A DNA stretch of 64,000 nt from Syntrophales bacterium (GTDB taxonomy: Bacteria; Desulfobacterota; Syntrophia; Syntrophales; UBA2210): NCBI GenBank assembly GCA_963662405.2, contig CAXXKT010000001.1, positions 1,888,001-1,952,000 on the forward strand. Direction: 5' to 3'. This document shows positions 31,114 to 42,014 of this stretch, in pieces. The notes beneath the pieces were generated by a model that searched no databases, had not been told where the DNA came from, and was given only the letters and a program-made list of their open reading frames with translations. The position numbers and the translations under genes are program-made. Positions within the stretch are counted from its first letter, which is position 1. Each line of letters starts with the position of its first letter.

Positions 31114-33396
31114 TCACGGCACCTTCCACCCTTTCAGCGCAGCGGCAAAGGGGTTTCCTCCCGATGCCTTCTTCCGCGCGGGCGTGCCGCCGGATTGCTT
31201 CTTACCGGAATGGGCATCGTCGGACCGTCCGCTCCGGGGCTCCATGGGATTGGAACGCATCGAGAGCGAGATGCGGCGGCGTGTGAGATCCACATCGATC
31301 ACCGTGACATGGACCTTCTGATTGACGGTCAGGAAATCGTGAGGGTTGCGGATAAAGCGGTCGGCCAGTTCACTGATATGCACGAGTCCATCCTGGTGGA
31401 CCCCGATGTCGACGAAGGCACCGAAGGCCGTCACGTTTGTCACGACGCCGGGAAGTTTCATTCCTCTCTGCAGGTCTGCGATCTCATTGATCCCGTCGGT
31501 AAATGCGAAGAGTTCGAACTGTTCACGCGGATCGCGCCCCGGCTTGGCGAGTTCGTTCATGATATCCGTGAGGGTCGGGATGCCGATATCGTCGGTAACG
31601 TACCGGTCAAGGACAATCCTGCTCCGCAGGGCTCCATCGGTCATCAGGTCAGAAACGGTGGAGTTTTGATCAACCGCCATTGCCTCAACGATCGGATAGC
31701 TCTCGGGATGGACCGCCGACGCGTCGAGGGGATCCGCCGCGCCGCTGATCCTGAGAAACCCGGCTGCCTGCTCGAAGGTCTTTGCCCCCATCCCGGAGAC
31801 CTTTATCAGTTCCAAGCGCGAGCGGAACGGGCCCTGCGCGTCGCGGTGAGCGATGATATTCCCCGCCAGCCGTTCGGAGAGGCCGGAGACATAGCGCAGG
31901 AGCTGCCTGCTCGCGGTATTGACCTCCACGCCGACCCTGTTCACACAGCTGGTGACGACGTCGTCCAGCGATTTCTTGAGGGCCTTCTGATCGACGTCGT
32001 GCTGATACTGCCCCACGCCGATTGCCTTGGGGTCGATCTTGACCAGTTCGGAGAGCGGGTCCATCAAACGCCTCCCGATCGAAACCGCGCCGCGGACCGT
32101 CAGATCATGATCGGGAAATTCATCGCGTGCCACCGCGGAAGCGGAATAGACCGATGCTCCGCTCTCGCTGACCACGATCACGGGGATCTGACGGCCGAAA
32201 TCGATCCCCCTGCAGAATGCCTCCGCCTCGCGCCCCCCCGTGCCGTTCCCGACGGCGACGGCCTCGATGGCGAATCTCTTTGTAAGCTCTTGGATGGTTT
32301 CAGCCGATTTCTTTACACGGTTATGGGGTTGGAGGGGAAAGATCGTCTCGCTGTGGAGGAGTTTTCCCTGTGGATCCAGGCAGACGATCTTGCACCCGGT
32401 CCGGAGTCCCGGATCAATGGCGAGGACACTCTTTTGACCGAGGGGCGGGGCGAGGAGGAGATTCCGGAGATTTTGTGTGAAGACCTTGATCGCCTCCGCA
32501 TCCGCCCGATTTTTGCTCTCCAGGCGAATTTCCGTCTCCATGGAAGGCCCGAGGAGGCGCCGGTAGCTGTCCCTGACGGCGAGACGGACCTCATCGGCGG
32601 CGGGATTGTCCCTCTTTACAAAATGCTGCTCAAGGACCACCGCGGTCCGCTCCTCGTCGGGAAGGACGCGAAAGGTGAGGACCCCCTCGGCAGTGCCGCG
32701 GCGGATGGCCAGGATGCGGTGCGACGGCGCCGTGGCGACCGGCTCTTCCCACTCGAAGTAATCCTTGTATTTTGACCCCTCTTCTTCTTTTCCCTTGACC
32801 ATCTTCGAACGGATGACGGCCTTTCTGGCGAAGAGTTCCCTGAGAGCGTCGCGGACCTTCGCGTCTTCATTGATCCACTCCGCGATGATGTCGCGGGCAC
32901 CGGCGAGTGCGTCATCCACCGTCTCCACCCCCTTATCGGGATCGAGAAAGGCGATTGCCTCCGTCCGCGGGTCGATGTCTCCCTGATCGAAGATACGCGC
33001 GGCAAGGGACTCGAGACCGCGCTCCTGCGCGATCATTCCCCGGGTGCGGCGTTTTGGCCGGTAGGGGAGATAGAGATCCTCCAACATCGCCAGTGTCGGG
33101 GCGACGAGGACTTTCTCCTTCAGCTCATCGGTCAGTTTCCCGTGGTCTTTCAGGGACGTGAGGATTGCCTCTCTGCGCTTGCTGAGTGCGTTGAGCTGTT
33201 CGAGGCGATCACGGATGGATATGATATCGACTTCATCGAGTCCCCCCGTCGCTTCCTTGCGGTATCGGGCGATAAAGGGGACGGTCGCCCCTTCTTCAAG
33301 AAGGGCCGCGGCCGCCTGTACCTGCCGGTCCGTAAGATTCAGTTCCCGTGTGATCTGAGTGAGATGCGTGTCCGTCATCTGTTGTGCTGTCTCCAT
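31114..33396 (-). CDS. tex: Tex RNA-binding transcriptional accessory protein
   Basis: GATVPFIARYRKE, AIDPGLRTGCK, IGVGQYQHDV, C-terminal S1; ORF-track start is over-extended. Confidence 0.95.
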   Translation of the reverse strand: METAQQMTDTHLTQITRELNLTDRQVQAAAALLEEGATVPFIARYRKEATGGLDEVDIISIRDRLEQLNALSKRREAILTSLKDHGKLTDELKEKVLVAPTLAMLEDLYLPYRPKRRTRGMIAQERGLESLAARIFDQGDIDPRTEAIAFLDPDKGVETVDDALAGARDIIAEWINEDAKVRDALRELFARKAVIRSKMVKGKEEEGSKYKDYFEWEEPVATAPSHRILAIRRGTAEGVLTFRVLPDEERTAVVLEQHFVKRDNPAADEVRLAVRDSYRRLLGPSMETEIRLESKNRADAEAIKVFTQNLRNLLLAPPLGQKSVLAIDPGLRTGCKIVCLDPQGKLLHSETIFPLQPHNRVKKSAETIQELTKRFAIEAVAVGNGTGGREAEAFCRGIDFGRQIPVIVVSESGASVYSASAVARDEFPDHDLTVRGAVSIGRRLMDPLSELVKIDPKAIGVGQYQHDVDQKALKKSLDDVVTSCVNRVGVEVNTASRQLLRYVSGLSERLAGNIIAHRDAQGPFRSRLELIKVSGMGAKTFEQAAGFLRISGAADPLDASAVHPESYPIVEAMAVDQNSTVSDLMTDGALRSRIVLDRYVTDDIGIPTLTDIMNELAKPGRDPREQFELFAFTDGINEIADLQRGMKLPGVVTNVTAFGAFVDIGVHQDGLVHISELADRFIRNPHDFLTVNQKVHVTVIDVDLTRRRISLSMRSNPMEPRSGRSDDAHSGKKQSGGTPARKKASGGNPFAAALKGWKVP

Positions 33397-33443
33397 GTGT
33401 GTTCGATTCCGTATGAGATTGAGTTGCTTCCGGGGCGTTATCC

Positions 33444-34094
33444 TTAGCTGAACGGCATGACATATCGATACATCATCCAGAAATGGGAGAAGGTCCCCAG
33501 CATGACAAAGACGTGGAAGATTTCGTGAAACCCGACGATACGGGGCCAGGGGTCGGGTCGTTTGATCGCGTAAATCACGGCACCTGTCGTATAGAACAGT
33601 CCGCCGATGAGGAGCCAGATCATTCCCCCCAGGTGGAGGGCCTGTATCAGCGGCCAGATGGCCACGATGGCTACCCATCCGGTGGCGATATAGATAAGGG
33701 TGTAGAGCCACCGGGGGGCTTGTGTCCAGAAGGCCGTCATGATGATGCCGCTCGTGGTCAAGCCCCATATAGCTCCGAACAGGCTCCATCCCCAGACGCC
33801 TTTCAAGGGGATCAGACAGACGGGGGTGTACGTGGCGGCAATCAGGACAAAGATCATCATGTGGTCGATCTTTCGCAGACACTGGCTGATCTTTTCCGAG
33901 ACGGGCAGCCAGTGGTAGAGGGTACTTGCCGTATAGAGCAGGATCATTCCCGCCCCGAAAACGGAGAAGGCGACAATATGGACGGGTCTGACGGGGTGCG
34001 TCGAACCCCAGATCAGGAACACCAAGCCGGTCACCGCAAGGACGAGTCCTATAAAATGGGTCAGCCCACTCACGGGATCCTTCAATTTTATCAT
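33444..34094 (-). CDS. Hemolysin III/PAQR membrane protein
   Basis: ASTLYH, KIDHMMIF...TYTP, GFHEIFHVFV. Confidence 0.9.
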   Translation of the reverse strand: MIKLKDPVSGLTHFIGLVLAVTGLVFLIWGSTHPVRPVHIVAFSVFGAGMILLYTASTLYHWLPVSEKISQCLRKIDHMMIFVLIAATYTPVCLIPLKGVWGWSLFGAIWGLTTSGIIMTAFWTQAPRWLYTLIYIATGWVAIVAIWPLIQALHLGGMIWLLIGGLFYTTGAVIYAIKRPDPWPRIVGFHEIFHVFVMLGTFSHFWMMYRYVMPFS

Positions 34095-34590
34095 GGTAGT
34101 ATCCCTTTCATTTGTGTACGGTGGCTGGTGTTGTGCTGCCGTCGCTGGCATACCCCGGCCCGTCGCGGGTTTACCCCCTGTTAAAGCGTAAACCATGGCG
34201 GAAGATAGCACAAAGGAGGCCTTTATTGCTACCATTTCCAACCGATTCTTTATCGACTATATGGCCGAATTCCGCGCCGTCGGCGTGTTTCCGTGTCGAT
34301 GCGCGCAGCGATCACCATCCGGATACGGAAGACTTCGTGATTCTAAAGAATTGCCATTGACCGTCTGACGGTCTTTGACTTTTTGTCAATTTTGAGTATA
34401 ACTTCACGAGAAGAACGGTTCACCTCTTTCTCTATTGGCATTACAAATCGTTTCAATTGCCGATTCGGACAGCGGATTCTTGGGATCGCGCATGGGGAGA
34501 CGGTCGGATTTTCCGGTTTCCCCTATGCGAAGCGATTATGCCTCTATCATCGCATCCGCGGCAGTGGTCGTCGCAGACAAGGAGGAGGGA

Positions 34591-36651
34591 GTGCCCGATA
34601 CCAAGGGAATCACACGCAGGACATTTGTCACCGGTGCTATCGGTTCTCTGGCTGCGCTTCACCTGGGGACAAGACATCTTTTTGCCGCGCAGCCGGAGAA
34701 AGCCGATCTGGTCTTTTATGGTTCCCCGGTCCTGACCGTGGATGGGAAAGACAGTGTCAGGGGGGCCTTTGCCGTAAAGGGGAATCGGATTATGGAGACG
34801 GCAAGGAATTATGCCGGGATCAGACACCGTATCGGCGAAGGAACACGGGTCGTCGAGTATTCGTCGGGAAGTGTTACCCCCGGCATGATCGATGTCCATA
34901 ATCATATCGTAGCGCAGGCCACGACAACGGTCAATTGGATTGACCTCATTCGATGCGCCAGCACCCGGCATGTCAGGGAGACCATCGCGCGATGGATTGC
35001 CGACAACGATTGGCCTCCCGGTCGGTGGGTCCGGGCGGTCGGTTACATGTGGATATGGGACAAGATCGCCATGGCAGCAAAGGAGGGGAACCGGGGGCCA
35101 CCCCTGATGAATAAGTGGGATATCGATGCCGTGGTGACGATTGGCGAAAAGAGGGTGGATCTCAGCCGGTACCCCATCTATATCATTCAGTTGAGTGGTC
35201 ATTATGCGACGCTGAATGGCCTTGCACTGCAGAAAGCCTATATCAGCGATGAATATGGCGCATTTTACAGCGGTCGCTACCGGGAATGCCTGACGGTTTC
35301 CGGGAGGAGCGTTGGGGAGGCGTTTTCACCGCAAGGACACGCCTTCGGATCTTTCTTCAACATGTCGCGGAACCGGGGGAGAACCGAAGTGGACGGTACC
35401 GTTTTTCACCACTACGCCATGGAGGAGTTTCTCACCCGCGCGATCCGTTACGGAGGGTTTCCGAAACTCGACGAACGTGAGATGACGGAGGCGTTGAAGA
35501 TGCGGTCCCGTCAGTTTGTCCGGCAGGGAATCACTTCAATCTATGACAATAACCTTCGTGCGATCAGCCTGCTGCCGGCGGTAAAGGATTTTCCCCGAAA
35601 GAGTGATGTGGAAGAACGTCTCCGCATCAGCCTTTACCCCTATGTGTGTCATGCCACCAAGGGTGCCTTTCCCGCCTTTGACAGCGGCAGGAGGAGAGGA
35701 GTCACCTCACACGCGTCTCTCTTTGACGGTGAGTGGATGCGCCTGATCGGGTATAAGCTGCAGATCGATGCGTCCACCATGACGGGATTGACCTGGGAGC
35801 CCAGCAACAGCATCGGCGATGCGACAAAGGGAAAACTGAACCTGTGGAAATATGACGAGTTCCTTGATGTGGTGCAGGCGCTGGATGATATGAAAGCCCA
35901 GCTATCGATCCATGTCGTAGGGGATAAGGCGCTGGACTGGACCCTCGATGCCTATGAAGCGGCGAAGGTGGGAGGAAAAAACCGCCGCCATCGGGTTGAA
36001 CATGTCCCCTGCGTCCCGGAAATGAGCAGAAACGGTGTGAAGAACAGGACACAGCCTCTGTACGAACGGGCGCGGGATCTCAATATGGTCTTTTGCCCGC
36101 AGCCGGCCTTTATCCTCTATTATGCACACTTTTTCGAGCAGGCCTTCGGATCGGGTGTGGGGAAATTTCGGCAGGAGAAACTCTTTCCGCGCATGGCTCA
36201 TTCAATTCCCTATCGAAGCGCCGTCGAGGCGGGAATCAAAGTCGCCTTAAGCTCAGACAATCCCTGCGTCATCGATACGAGGCCGACGGTTGCGCTGTGG
36301 GAGTCCGTTCACCGCAGAACACGCCGCCTTGCCAAGGAGGGGCAGGTTTTCCTCGAGAGTTTTGTCTATAATCACCAGGAGGCCGACGGCGAAGTCTGTG
36401 ATGAACGGGTCGATTTCCGGCAGGCACTGCGGGGGCATACCATCGACGCTGCCTATGCTGGTTTTGAAGATCACGTAAAAGGATCGATAGAGAAGGGAAA
36501 ACTGGCGGATATCGTCGTCTGGGACAGGGATATCCGCATGATCGGGGACAGAATGCCGATCAATCAGGGCACAGAAGTCGCCCCGGTTCTTGTCATTGTC
36601 GATGGAAAGATCGCCTATCGTGATCCATCAATACGGATCGGAGTTGCCTAG
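34591..36651 (+). CDS. Tat-exported amidohydrolase (amidohydrolase_3/YtcJ-like)
   Basis: GGAGG RBS + GTG; TRRTFV twin-arginine motif; PGMIDVHNH, HVVGD, RVEH, SSD, GSIEKGKLAD. Confidence 0.85.
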   Translation: MPDTKGITRRTFVTGAIGSLAALHLGTRHLFAAQPEKADLVFYGSPVLTVDGKDSVRGAFAVKGNRIMETARNYAGIRHRIGEGTRVVEYSSGSVTPGMIDVHNHIVAQATTTVNWIDLIRCASTRHVRETIARWIADNDWPPGRWVRAVGYMWIWDKIAMAAKEGNRGPPLMNKWDIDAVVTIGEKRVDLSRYPIYIIQLSGHYATLNGLALQKAYISDEYGAFYSGRYRECLTVSGRSVGEAFSPQGHAFGSFFNMSRNRGRTEVDGTVFHHYAMEEFLTRAIRYGGFPKLDEREMTEALKMRSRQFVRQGITSIYDNNLRAISLLPAVKDFPRKSDVEERLRISLYPYVCHATKGAFPAFDSGRRRGVTSHASLFDGEWMRLIGYKLQIDASTMTGLTWEPSNSIGDATKGKLNLWKYDEFLDVVQALDDMKAQLSIHVVGDKALDWTLDAYEAAKVGGKNRRHRVEHVPCVPEMSRNGVKNRTQPLYERARDLNMVFCPQPAFILYYAHFFEQAFGSGVGKFRQEKLFPRMAHSIPYRSAVEAGIKVALSSDNPCVIDTRPTVALWESVHRRTRRLAKEGQVFLESFVYNHQEADGEVCDERVDFRQALRGHTIDAAYAGFEDHVKGSIEKGKLADIVVWDRDIRMIGDRMPINQGTEVAPVLVIVDGKIAYRDPSIRIGVA

Positions 36652-36665
36652 AGGAAAGGAAGATC

Positions 36666-37277
36666 GTGATGAAAAAGGGGATTTTCCGATTGGTTATGTT
36701 TGGTTTCGCACTGGTATTCGTGGTGTTGAATCTGTTGATTACGACGGCGTACGCCCAGGATGCCCGGAAGGGCGGGGCCCTCTTCCTTCGGATCGTACGC
36801 GCATGGGACACAAACGGGGATGGAAGACTGGGGCCTTCGGAATGGGAAGGGAGACGTCCCTTCGGTGAGGTTGATACAAACGGCGATGGTGTTATCACCG
36901 AGGATGATTTTACAGTTACGGAGGCAGATGCTTCACCGGTAAACCGGTTTGAACGACTTGTATCGGCATGGGACAGGGATAAAGACGGGAAAATTTCGCC
37001 TGAGGAGTGGAAAAGTAAGAGAGATTTCAACGGATTCGATAAGGACGAAGACGGATTCATTACGCGGAAAGATTTTTCTCGGGGAGCGGCCGAAGCCGGC
37101 ACGATAAACCCTCAATTACAGCAGGGACATTCCCTGGTTGATGCCCTCGACCTGAACAAGGACGGTCGCATCAGTCGTGCTGAGTGGGACAAGGAAAAGG
37201 GGAACTTTGACGATTTCGATATCAATATCGATGGGTATGTAACAAGGGAAGAATTGAACGAAGAGGATGATCTGTAG
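36666..37277 (+). CDS. Secreted multi-EF-hand protein
   Basis: Signal peptide; six DxDxDG loops (DTNGDG, DRDKDG, DKDEDG, DLNKDG, DINIDG). Confidence 0.85.
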   Translation: MMKKGIFRLVMFGFALVFVVLNLLITTAYAQDARKGGALFLRIVRAWDTNGDGRLGPSEWEGRRPFGEVDTNGDGVITEDDFTVTEADASPVNRFERLVSAWDRDKDGKISPEEWKSKRDFNGFDKDEDGFITRKDFSRGAAEAGTINPQLQQGHSLVDALDLNKDGRISRAEWDKEKGNFDDFDINIDGYVTREELNEEDDL

Positions 37278-37282
37278 ACCAT

Positions 37283-38353
37283 ATGTACACATCATACTAC
37301 GGGTTCAGAGAAAAACCCTTTCAAATAATACATGATCCTTCCCGTTTATTCATGAGTAAGGGTCATGCGGATACGTATGCGCATCTCGAGTATGCCCTGG
37401 TGGCGGATAAGGGCTTTGTCGTCGTTACGGGTGAGCCCGGTTCAGGAAAGACTGCTTTGATCAATTTACTCATCAAAGAACAAGGGACAGCCTTCAAGAT
37501 CGGGGTCTTGAACCCGAATGACTCACATCCGGAACAGCTTATGACGAGTATCTGCCGCATATTCGGGGTGAGTTCAAACAGTCATGATGTCACAGAGGTG
37601 ATACGGGTGTTTCGCGGCCTCTTCGGCGGTTACCGAAAGGCGGGTCAACGGGCGGTTCTCATCGTGGATGAGGCACAGGACCTAACGGACGAAGATCTTG
37701 AGCAGATGCGGATACTTGCAAATCTGGAGACGCATAAGAACTACCTGATTCAGATTATCCTGGTCGGTCGTTCTGGTCTCAAGAAAAAACTTTTCGGAAA
37801 CAAGACAAGAGATTTTATCCAGAGGGCCACGGTCATTTGTCACCTGGCCGGTCTGCAACGAAATGAGGTGGGCTCATATCTCCGTCACCGTCTCCAATAT
37901 GCGGGGGGATCGCACAACCTCGGCCTCTTCGATCAAGAAGCGACAGAATCAATATATGAACATTCTCGAGGAGTCCCAAAGCTTGTCAATATTATCTCCG
38001 ATGCTGCCCTGATCTATGGCTATGCCGATGAACTCAAGACGATTGGGAAGGATGTCGTTGAGGAAGTGGTAAAGGACGCCACTATGGACGACGGCATATA
38101 CCCCCGCCCTCTTTCTGTGACCGGTAAGACAAAGATGGTTGACCGGAGAATGGATAAGGATATCCGGTGGGATATCGAAAAACAGGTGCGTGTCCTCGAA
38201 AACAGAATCCGGCGTATCAATCAGGCCTTACGCAGCCGAAACTCGGCCAGGAGCGATAAAAATGAAGCCGTATCCGAGCTGACATGCATTTTCAAAAAAG
38301 TGGAAAACCAATTAACCTCCCTGCTGGGAGAGATAAAGATCTTTCTTTCGTAG
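37283..38353 (+). CDS. ExeA/GspA-type AAA ATPase
   Basis: YYGFREKPF, GEPGSGKT, LIVDEAQ, SRGVPKLVN. Confidence 0.88.
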   Translation: MYTSYYGFREKPFQIIHDPSRLFMSKGHADTYAHLEYALVADKGFVVVTGEPGSGKTALINLLIKEQGTAFKIGVLNPNDSHPEQLMTSICRIFGVSSNSHDVTEVIRVFRGLFGGYRKAGQRAVLIVDEAQDLTDEDLEQMRILANLETHKNYLIQIILVGRSGLKKKLFGNKTRDFIQRATVICHLAGLQRNEVGSYLRHRLQYAGGSHNLGLFDQEATESIYEHSRGVPKLVNIISDAALIYGYADELKTIGKDVVEEVVKDATMDDGIYPRPLSVTGKTKMVDRRMDKDIRWDIEKQVRVLENRIRRINQALRSRNSARSDKNEAVSELTCIFKKVENQLTSLLGEIKIFLS

Positions 38354-38863
38354 TTGTTCCTCCGTCTTATTCTTTTCTACACCCGCTTTGAAATCGTTTG
38401 TACACTTGGGGATCCGCCTTGAATAGTCCCGAAGGGGTTTGTGTGTGATCTCAGATCACCCACGATTTCAAATCCCCCCATTTTCCCCCATGGCCTATCA
38501 CGGATCGGAAGGAAACGTCTGCGCCCATCCCCCGATTATCGGGCCCTTTTTCGTTCGTTTCTGAACCGGTGTCCCATGGTTTATCGAACGTTCTCCGTAT
38601 CAGGGGCAGCCGTTGTCACGAAGAACGGTTCGGATGCCGGATCGACCCTGACGTGACGGCATGCCCTTAATCCGCCCGCTTGAGGTGAAGACACTTCGCA
38701 GTTTATCGAGCAATGTCTATTTTCAGGTCCTGAGCTGAAACGCATTCACGTTTGTATTGTCCCGTCGGTGACATCTCTTCCGCCATCAGAATGGATATTC
38801 CATGCCCCCTCATTTCTTTTGGCGCATTTCAATCGAGAAAGTAAACTAACATACTGGAAATAC

Positions 38864-38893
38864 TTGTAAATACTACTTTAGTAGTATTTACAA
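38864..38893. promoter_or_regulatory. Perfect 13-bp inverted repeat upstream of PEP-CTERM gene
   Basis: TTGTAAATACTAC-TTTA-GTAGTATTTACAA. Confidence 0.6.
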
Positions 38894-38986
38894 TCGGCTC
38901 TGGTTCTGGGAAAACAGCAGACAAGAAAACAGACAGATAAAGAATCGATAGAGAATTGAAAGTATGGAGAGAGGGGGAATGGGGAA

Positions 38987-39607
38987 ATGAAGAAATTATT
39001 ATTTGTCATTGTATCCGTATCTGTCCTGTTTATGGCGGGGGTTGCCGGCGCCACGCTGTATACTTTCGAACCCACCCCGACTGATATGTATGATTTAGAC
39101 CATTATTACTGGTACACATGGGGTATCGGTCAGGTCATACCGGAGGGGGAAACCATACAGAGCGCAACGCTGTCCTTCAACAATATCAGGAATTACAACT
39201 CCGAACCGAATGATTTGTGGGTCCATCTTCTCGACTCGGTCACGGTCGGCGTTACCCAGGGAGAAGATTCTATCAATCCTGATCAATGGCGGGCGGATCA
39301 CTTCGCCGGCCAGGGGATTCTCCTGTTTGATTGGGAACTTCCCGAGTATCCACAAGATCTCACATATGTATTCAATACATCTCAACTTGCCGCTCTGAAT
39401 AGTTATATTGGGGATGGGAATTTCGGTTTTGGATGTGATCCCGACTGTCACTACTCCAATGACGGTGTCTCACTGACCATCCAGACCTCCGGAGCGCCGG
39501 TTCCTGAGCCGACCACGATGCTGCTCCTCGGATGCGGCCTGACGGGGTTGGGGTTTGTGAGGAAAAGGAAGCAGAACATCTCAAAAGCAACGAGAACGGA
39601 AGGTTGA
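38987..39607 (+). CDS. PEP-CTERM sorting-domain protein
   Basis: Signal peptide; VPEPTTMLLLGCGLTGLGFVRKRK. Confidence 0.92.
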   Translation: MKKLLFVIVSVSVLFMAGVAGATLYTFEPTPTDMYDLDHYYWYTWGIGQVIPEGETIQSATLSFNNIRNYNSEPNDLWVHLLDSVTVGVTQGEDSINPDQWRADHFAGQGILLFDWELPEYPQDLTYVFNTSQLAALNSYIGDGNFGFGCDPDCHYSNDGVSLTIQTSGAPVPEPTTMLLLGCGLTGLGFVRKRKQNISKATRTEG

Positions 39608-39866
39608 ACCCACCGCTCACACCTCGAAACGCTCTGTGAGGTATCGAAGGATATGCCCGGGAACTCGTTTCAGGGTTGTGCTCGAGGGTCGGCCGCCAGT
39701 GAGAAGAGAGTCCATTCAACACAGCGATAAAAAGAAGGATTGATCAAAAGGCCCCGGAGGGGCAAGATCATGTTGCTTCCGAGGCTCTTGCCGGGGGTGG
39801 TTACCGGTAGGCGACCACCCCAAATCCTACCGTTGCTTCCAAATCTCTCGACGGCCGGTTTTACTC

Positions 39867-40232
39867 TTAAATTCCCTTTGCCTGTTTCTTTTCCTTCTTT
39901 TTCTCGAGTTTCTTCTCGAGCTTTTGCTGGCGTTTACTCACCTCGGCAGGTTCCTCATCACCCTTCGCCTTCTTGGTTTTTTCCTCTTTGGGAATGGCCA
40001 TCTTCTCGGTCTTGAGTTTTGCTTTTTCCTCTATTCTTCGTTGTTTTTCATCAATAACGGTGAGCCTGGCCCCGATCTCTCGTATCTTGGCACGTATCTT
40101 TTTGACGGAAGCGTCCTTTGCTATTGTTCCCTTATCAAGACCACGTTCTTTGAGAACCTCCAACCTGCTACTCAACACACCGTCCCAGTAAGACTTTTGG
40201 GTATCCCGTGCGATTTTATCCTTTGAAGCCAT
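39867..40232 (-). CDS. Lys/Glu-rich hypothetical protein
   Basis: GGAGG RBS, coiled-coil composition. Confidence 0.7.
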   Translation of the reverse strand: MASKDKIARDTQKSYWDGVLSSRLEVLKERGLDKGTIAKDASVKKIRAKIREIGARLTVIDEKQRRIEEKAKLKTEKMAIPKEEKTKKAKGDEEPAEVSKRQQKLEKKLEKKKEKKQAKGI

Positions 40233-40466
40233 ATAATTCCTCCCGGTTTTTATTTCTTGCTTGTTGTATCGGCAAACATCGCGCTAAGCTGCCACAAGTG
40301 ACCGGTCAAAGTCAACAGAAGAAAACGGATGATGCGATATCACGGTGAATATTTTTCGGTATGCACTCATATCCATCGTGATTATTACGGGATCAACAGG
40401 ACCGTTTCCGTTTGCAGGGCATGTTCCTTTTCGTTACAATCTTCACTGTTGGATTGCATCCCGGAG

Positions 40467-40646
40467 ATGAGAGTTATGATCAATTGTCAGCAGTGCGAAC
40501 ACTATTACATCACCTGGGACAAGTATTTCCCTCACGGGTGCAGGGCCCTGTGTTTTAAGTCGGCCCAAGTTCCTTCCATTACTGTGTTGGCCAGCTCCAA
40601 CCAGGAGTGCACATTTTACAAAAAGAAAATCCCGAAAAGAAAATAA
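40467..40646 (+). CDS. Small Cys-rich protein
   Basis: CQQCEHYYITWD...PHGC...FKS...C pattern. Confidence 0.65.
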   Translation: MRVMINCQQCEHYYITWDKYFPHGCRALCFKSAQVPSITVLASSNQECTFYKKKIPKRK

Positions 40647-40703
40647 CTTGAATCATGGCGCCTGATCGGTGTTTGTTGATTGCTCTGGCTATGCCGTCAT
40701 GCA

Positions 40704-42014
40704 TTATCCATGAACCGCTTGCAGATTATATGAATGTTGACGAGGGGTCCGTTTGTGAGCCCGGGGAGAAAAGGACCGTTTGTTGCCGTTGCGCGGTTTC
40801 ATGCTCCTTCCGCGTCGATTTTGGCCGGGAGAAGCGGGGGGGTTGTCCGCCGGCGGGGCAATCGTTAATCCTTCGACGCTCTGATATGTCACCCGGACCC
40901 CCAGGGTCCTTTTGAGTGACTGCACCAAGTCGATGTCCTGACCGGTCACGAAGGTAAAGGCTTCGCCGGCTCTGGAGGCGCGACCCGTCCGACCGATACG
41001 ATGAGTATAGGCATCTTCCGTTGCCGGCATATCGTAATTAATGACGTGTGAGATGCGCGTCACATCGATACCGCGGGCGGCGATATCGGTGGCGACCATG
41101 ATCTCATAGCGGCCGTCCCTGAAACCGTCGAGGGCCTTCCGGCGCTTTTGCTGAGTCAGGTTTCCATGGAGGGAAATAACACTATACCCTGATTTATCCA
41201 GCTGTCCCGCAACGCTTTTTGCCCTTGATTTTGTCCGCGTAAAAACCAGGACGGATTCCCGGTTCGTGTGATCGAGAAGATCTTTAAGCAGTGCCGTCTT
41301 GGTGTCCATCTGCACCGGATAGAATCGATGCGAAACGGTTTCGACGGGTGCCGTGCGGCCGATTTGAATCTGTACCGGATCCTGGAGGAGATCATTGGCG
41401 AGGCTCTGTACGTCCGCCGGCATGGTAGCGGAAAACAAAAGCGTCTGGCGCTTTTTCGGAAGGCGCTTCACGATTTTTCTGATATCCGGCAGAAACCCCA
41501 TGTCGAACATGTGATCCGCCTCATCCAGGACCAGGACCTCAATGCGAGACAGATCGATCGTGCCTCGATTGACATGGTCCAGGAGCCGGCCGGGACATGC
41601 GGAGATGATATCCACATGGTCGTTCAGTTTCTTGATCTGTGCACTGATGCTTACTCCGCCGTAGATGGATGCGCTGCGCAGTTGCGTCTTGCGGCCCAGC
41701 TGCCCGATGACTTCATGGGTCTGCTCGCTGAGCTCCCGCGTCGGAGCGATAATCAGTGCACGGACGCAGTCGCGCGGCTTTTGCATGAGTCGCTGCAGAA
41801 TCGGCAGAACAAAGGCTGCGGTTTTCCCGGTACCGGTCTGGGCAAGGCCCATGACATCGCGGCCTTCCATGACAGGCGGGATTGCTTTGAGTTGAATGGG
41901 TGTCGGCGTCGTGTAACCCAGGGATTGTATGCCAGCATGTATCTTCGGGTGTAACGGGAACTTCTCAAAACTCATTTTTTCTTTTTCCTTCTTCTCGGTA
42001 TGTATTAGTGACAT
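40704..42014 (-). CDS. DEAD-box RNA helicase (RhlE-like)
   Basis: PTPIQ, AQTGTGKT, PTREL, DEAD, SAT, HRIGRTGR. Confidence 0.95.
   Translation of the reverse strand: MSLIHTEKKEKEKMSFEKFPLHPKIHAGIQSLGYTTPTPIQLKAIPPVMEGRDVMGLAQTGTGKTAAFVLPILQRLMQKPRDCVRALIIAPTRELSEQTHEVIGQLGRKTQLRSASIYGGVSISAQIKKLNDHVDIISACPGRLLDHVNRGTIDLSRIEVLVLDEADHMFDMGFLPDIRKIVKRLPKKRQTLLFSATMPADVQSLANDLLQDPVQIQIGRTAPVETVSHRFYPVQMDTKTALLKDLLDHTNRESVLVFTRTKSRAKSVAGQLDKSGYSVISLHGNLTQQKRRKALDGFRDGRYEIMVATDIAARGIDVTRISHVINYDMPATEDAYTHRIGRTGRASRAGEAFTFVTGQDIDLVQSLKRTLGVRVTYQSVEGLTIAPPADNPPASPGQNRRGRSMKPRNGNKRSFSPRAHKRTPRQHSYNLQAVHG

Noticed and set aside
31096..32775. 559-aa plus-strand ORF
   Set aside because: Antisense shadow of tex; no motifs
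33397..33882. N-terminal extension of Tex in the ORF track
   Set aside because: Overlaps the hemolysin III gene in another frame; Tex similarity starts near 33396
39610..39860. Cluster of hairpins
   Set aside because: Between convergent genes; explainable as terminators; no repeat or covariation support
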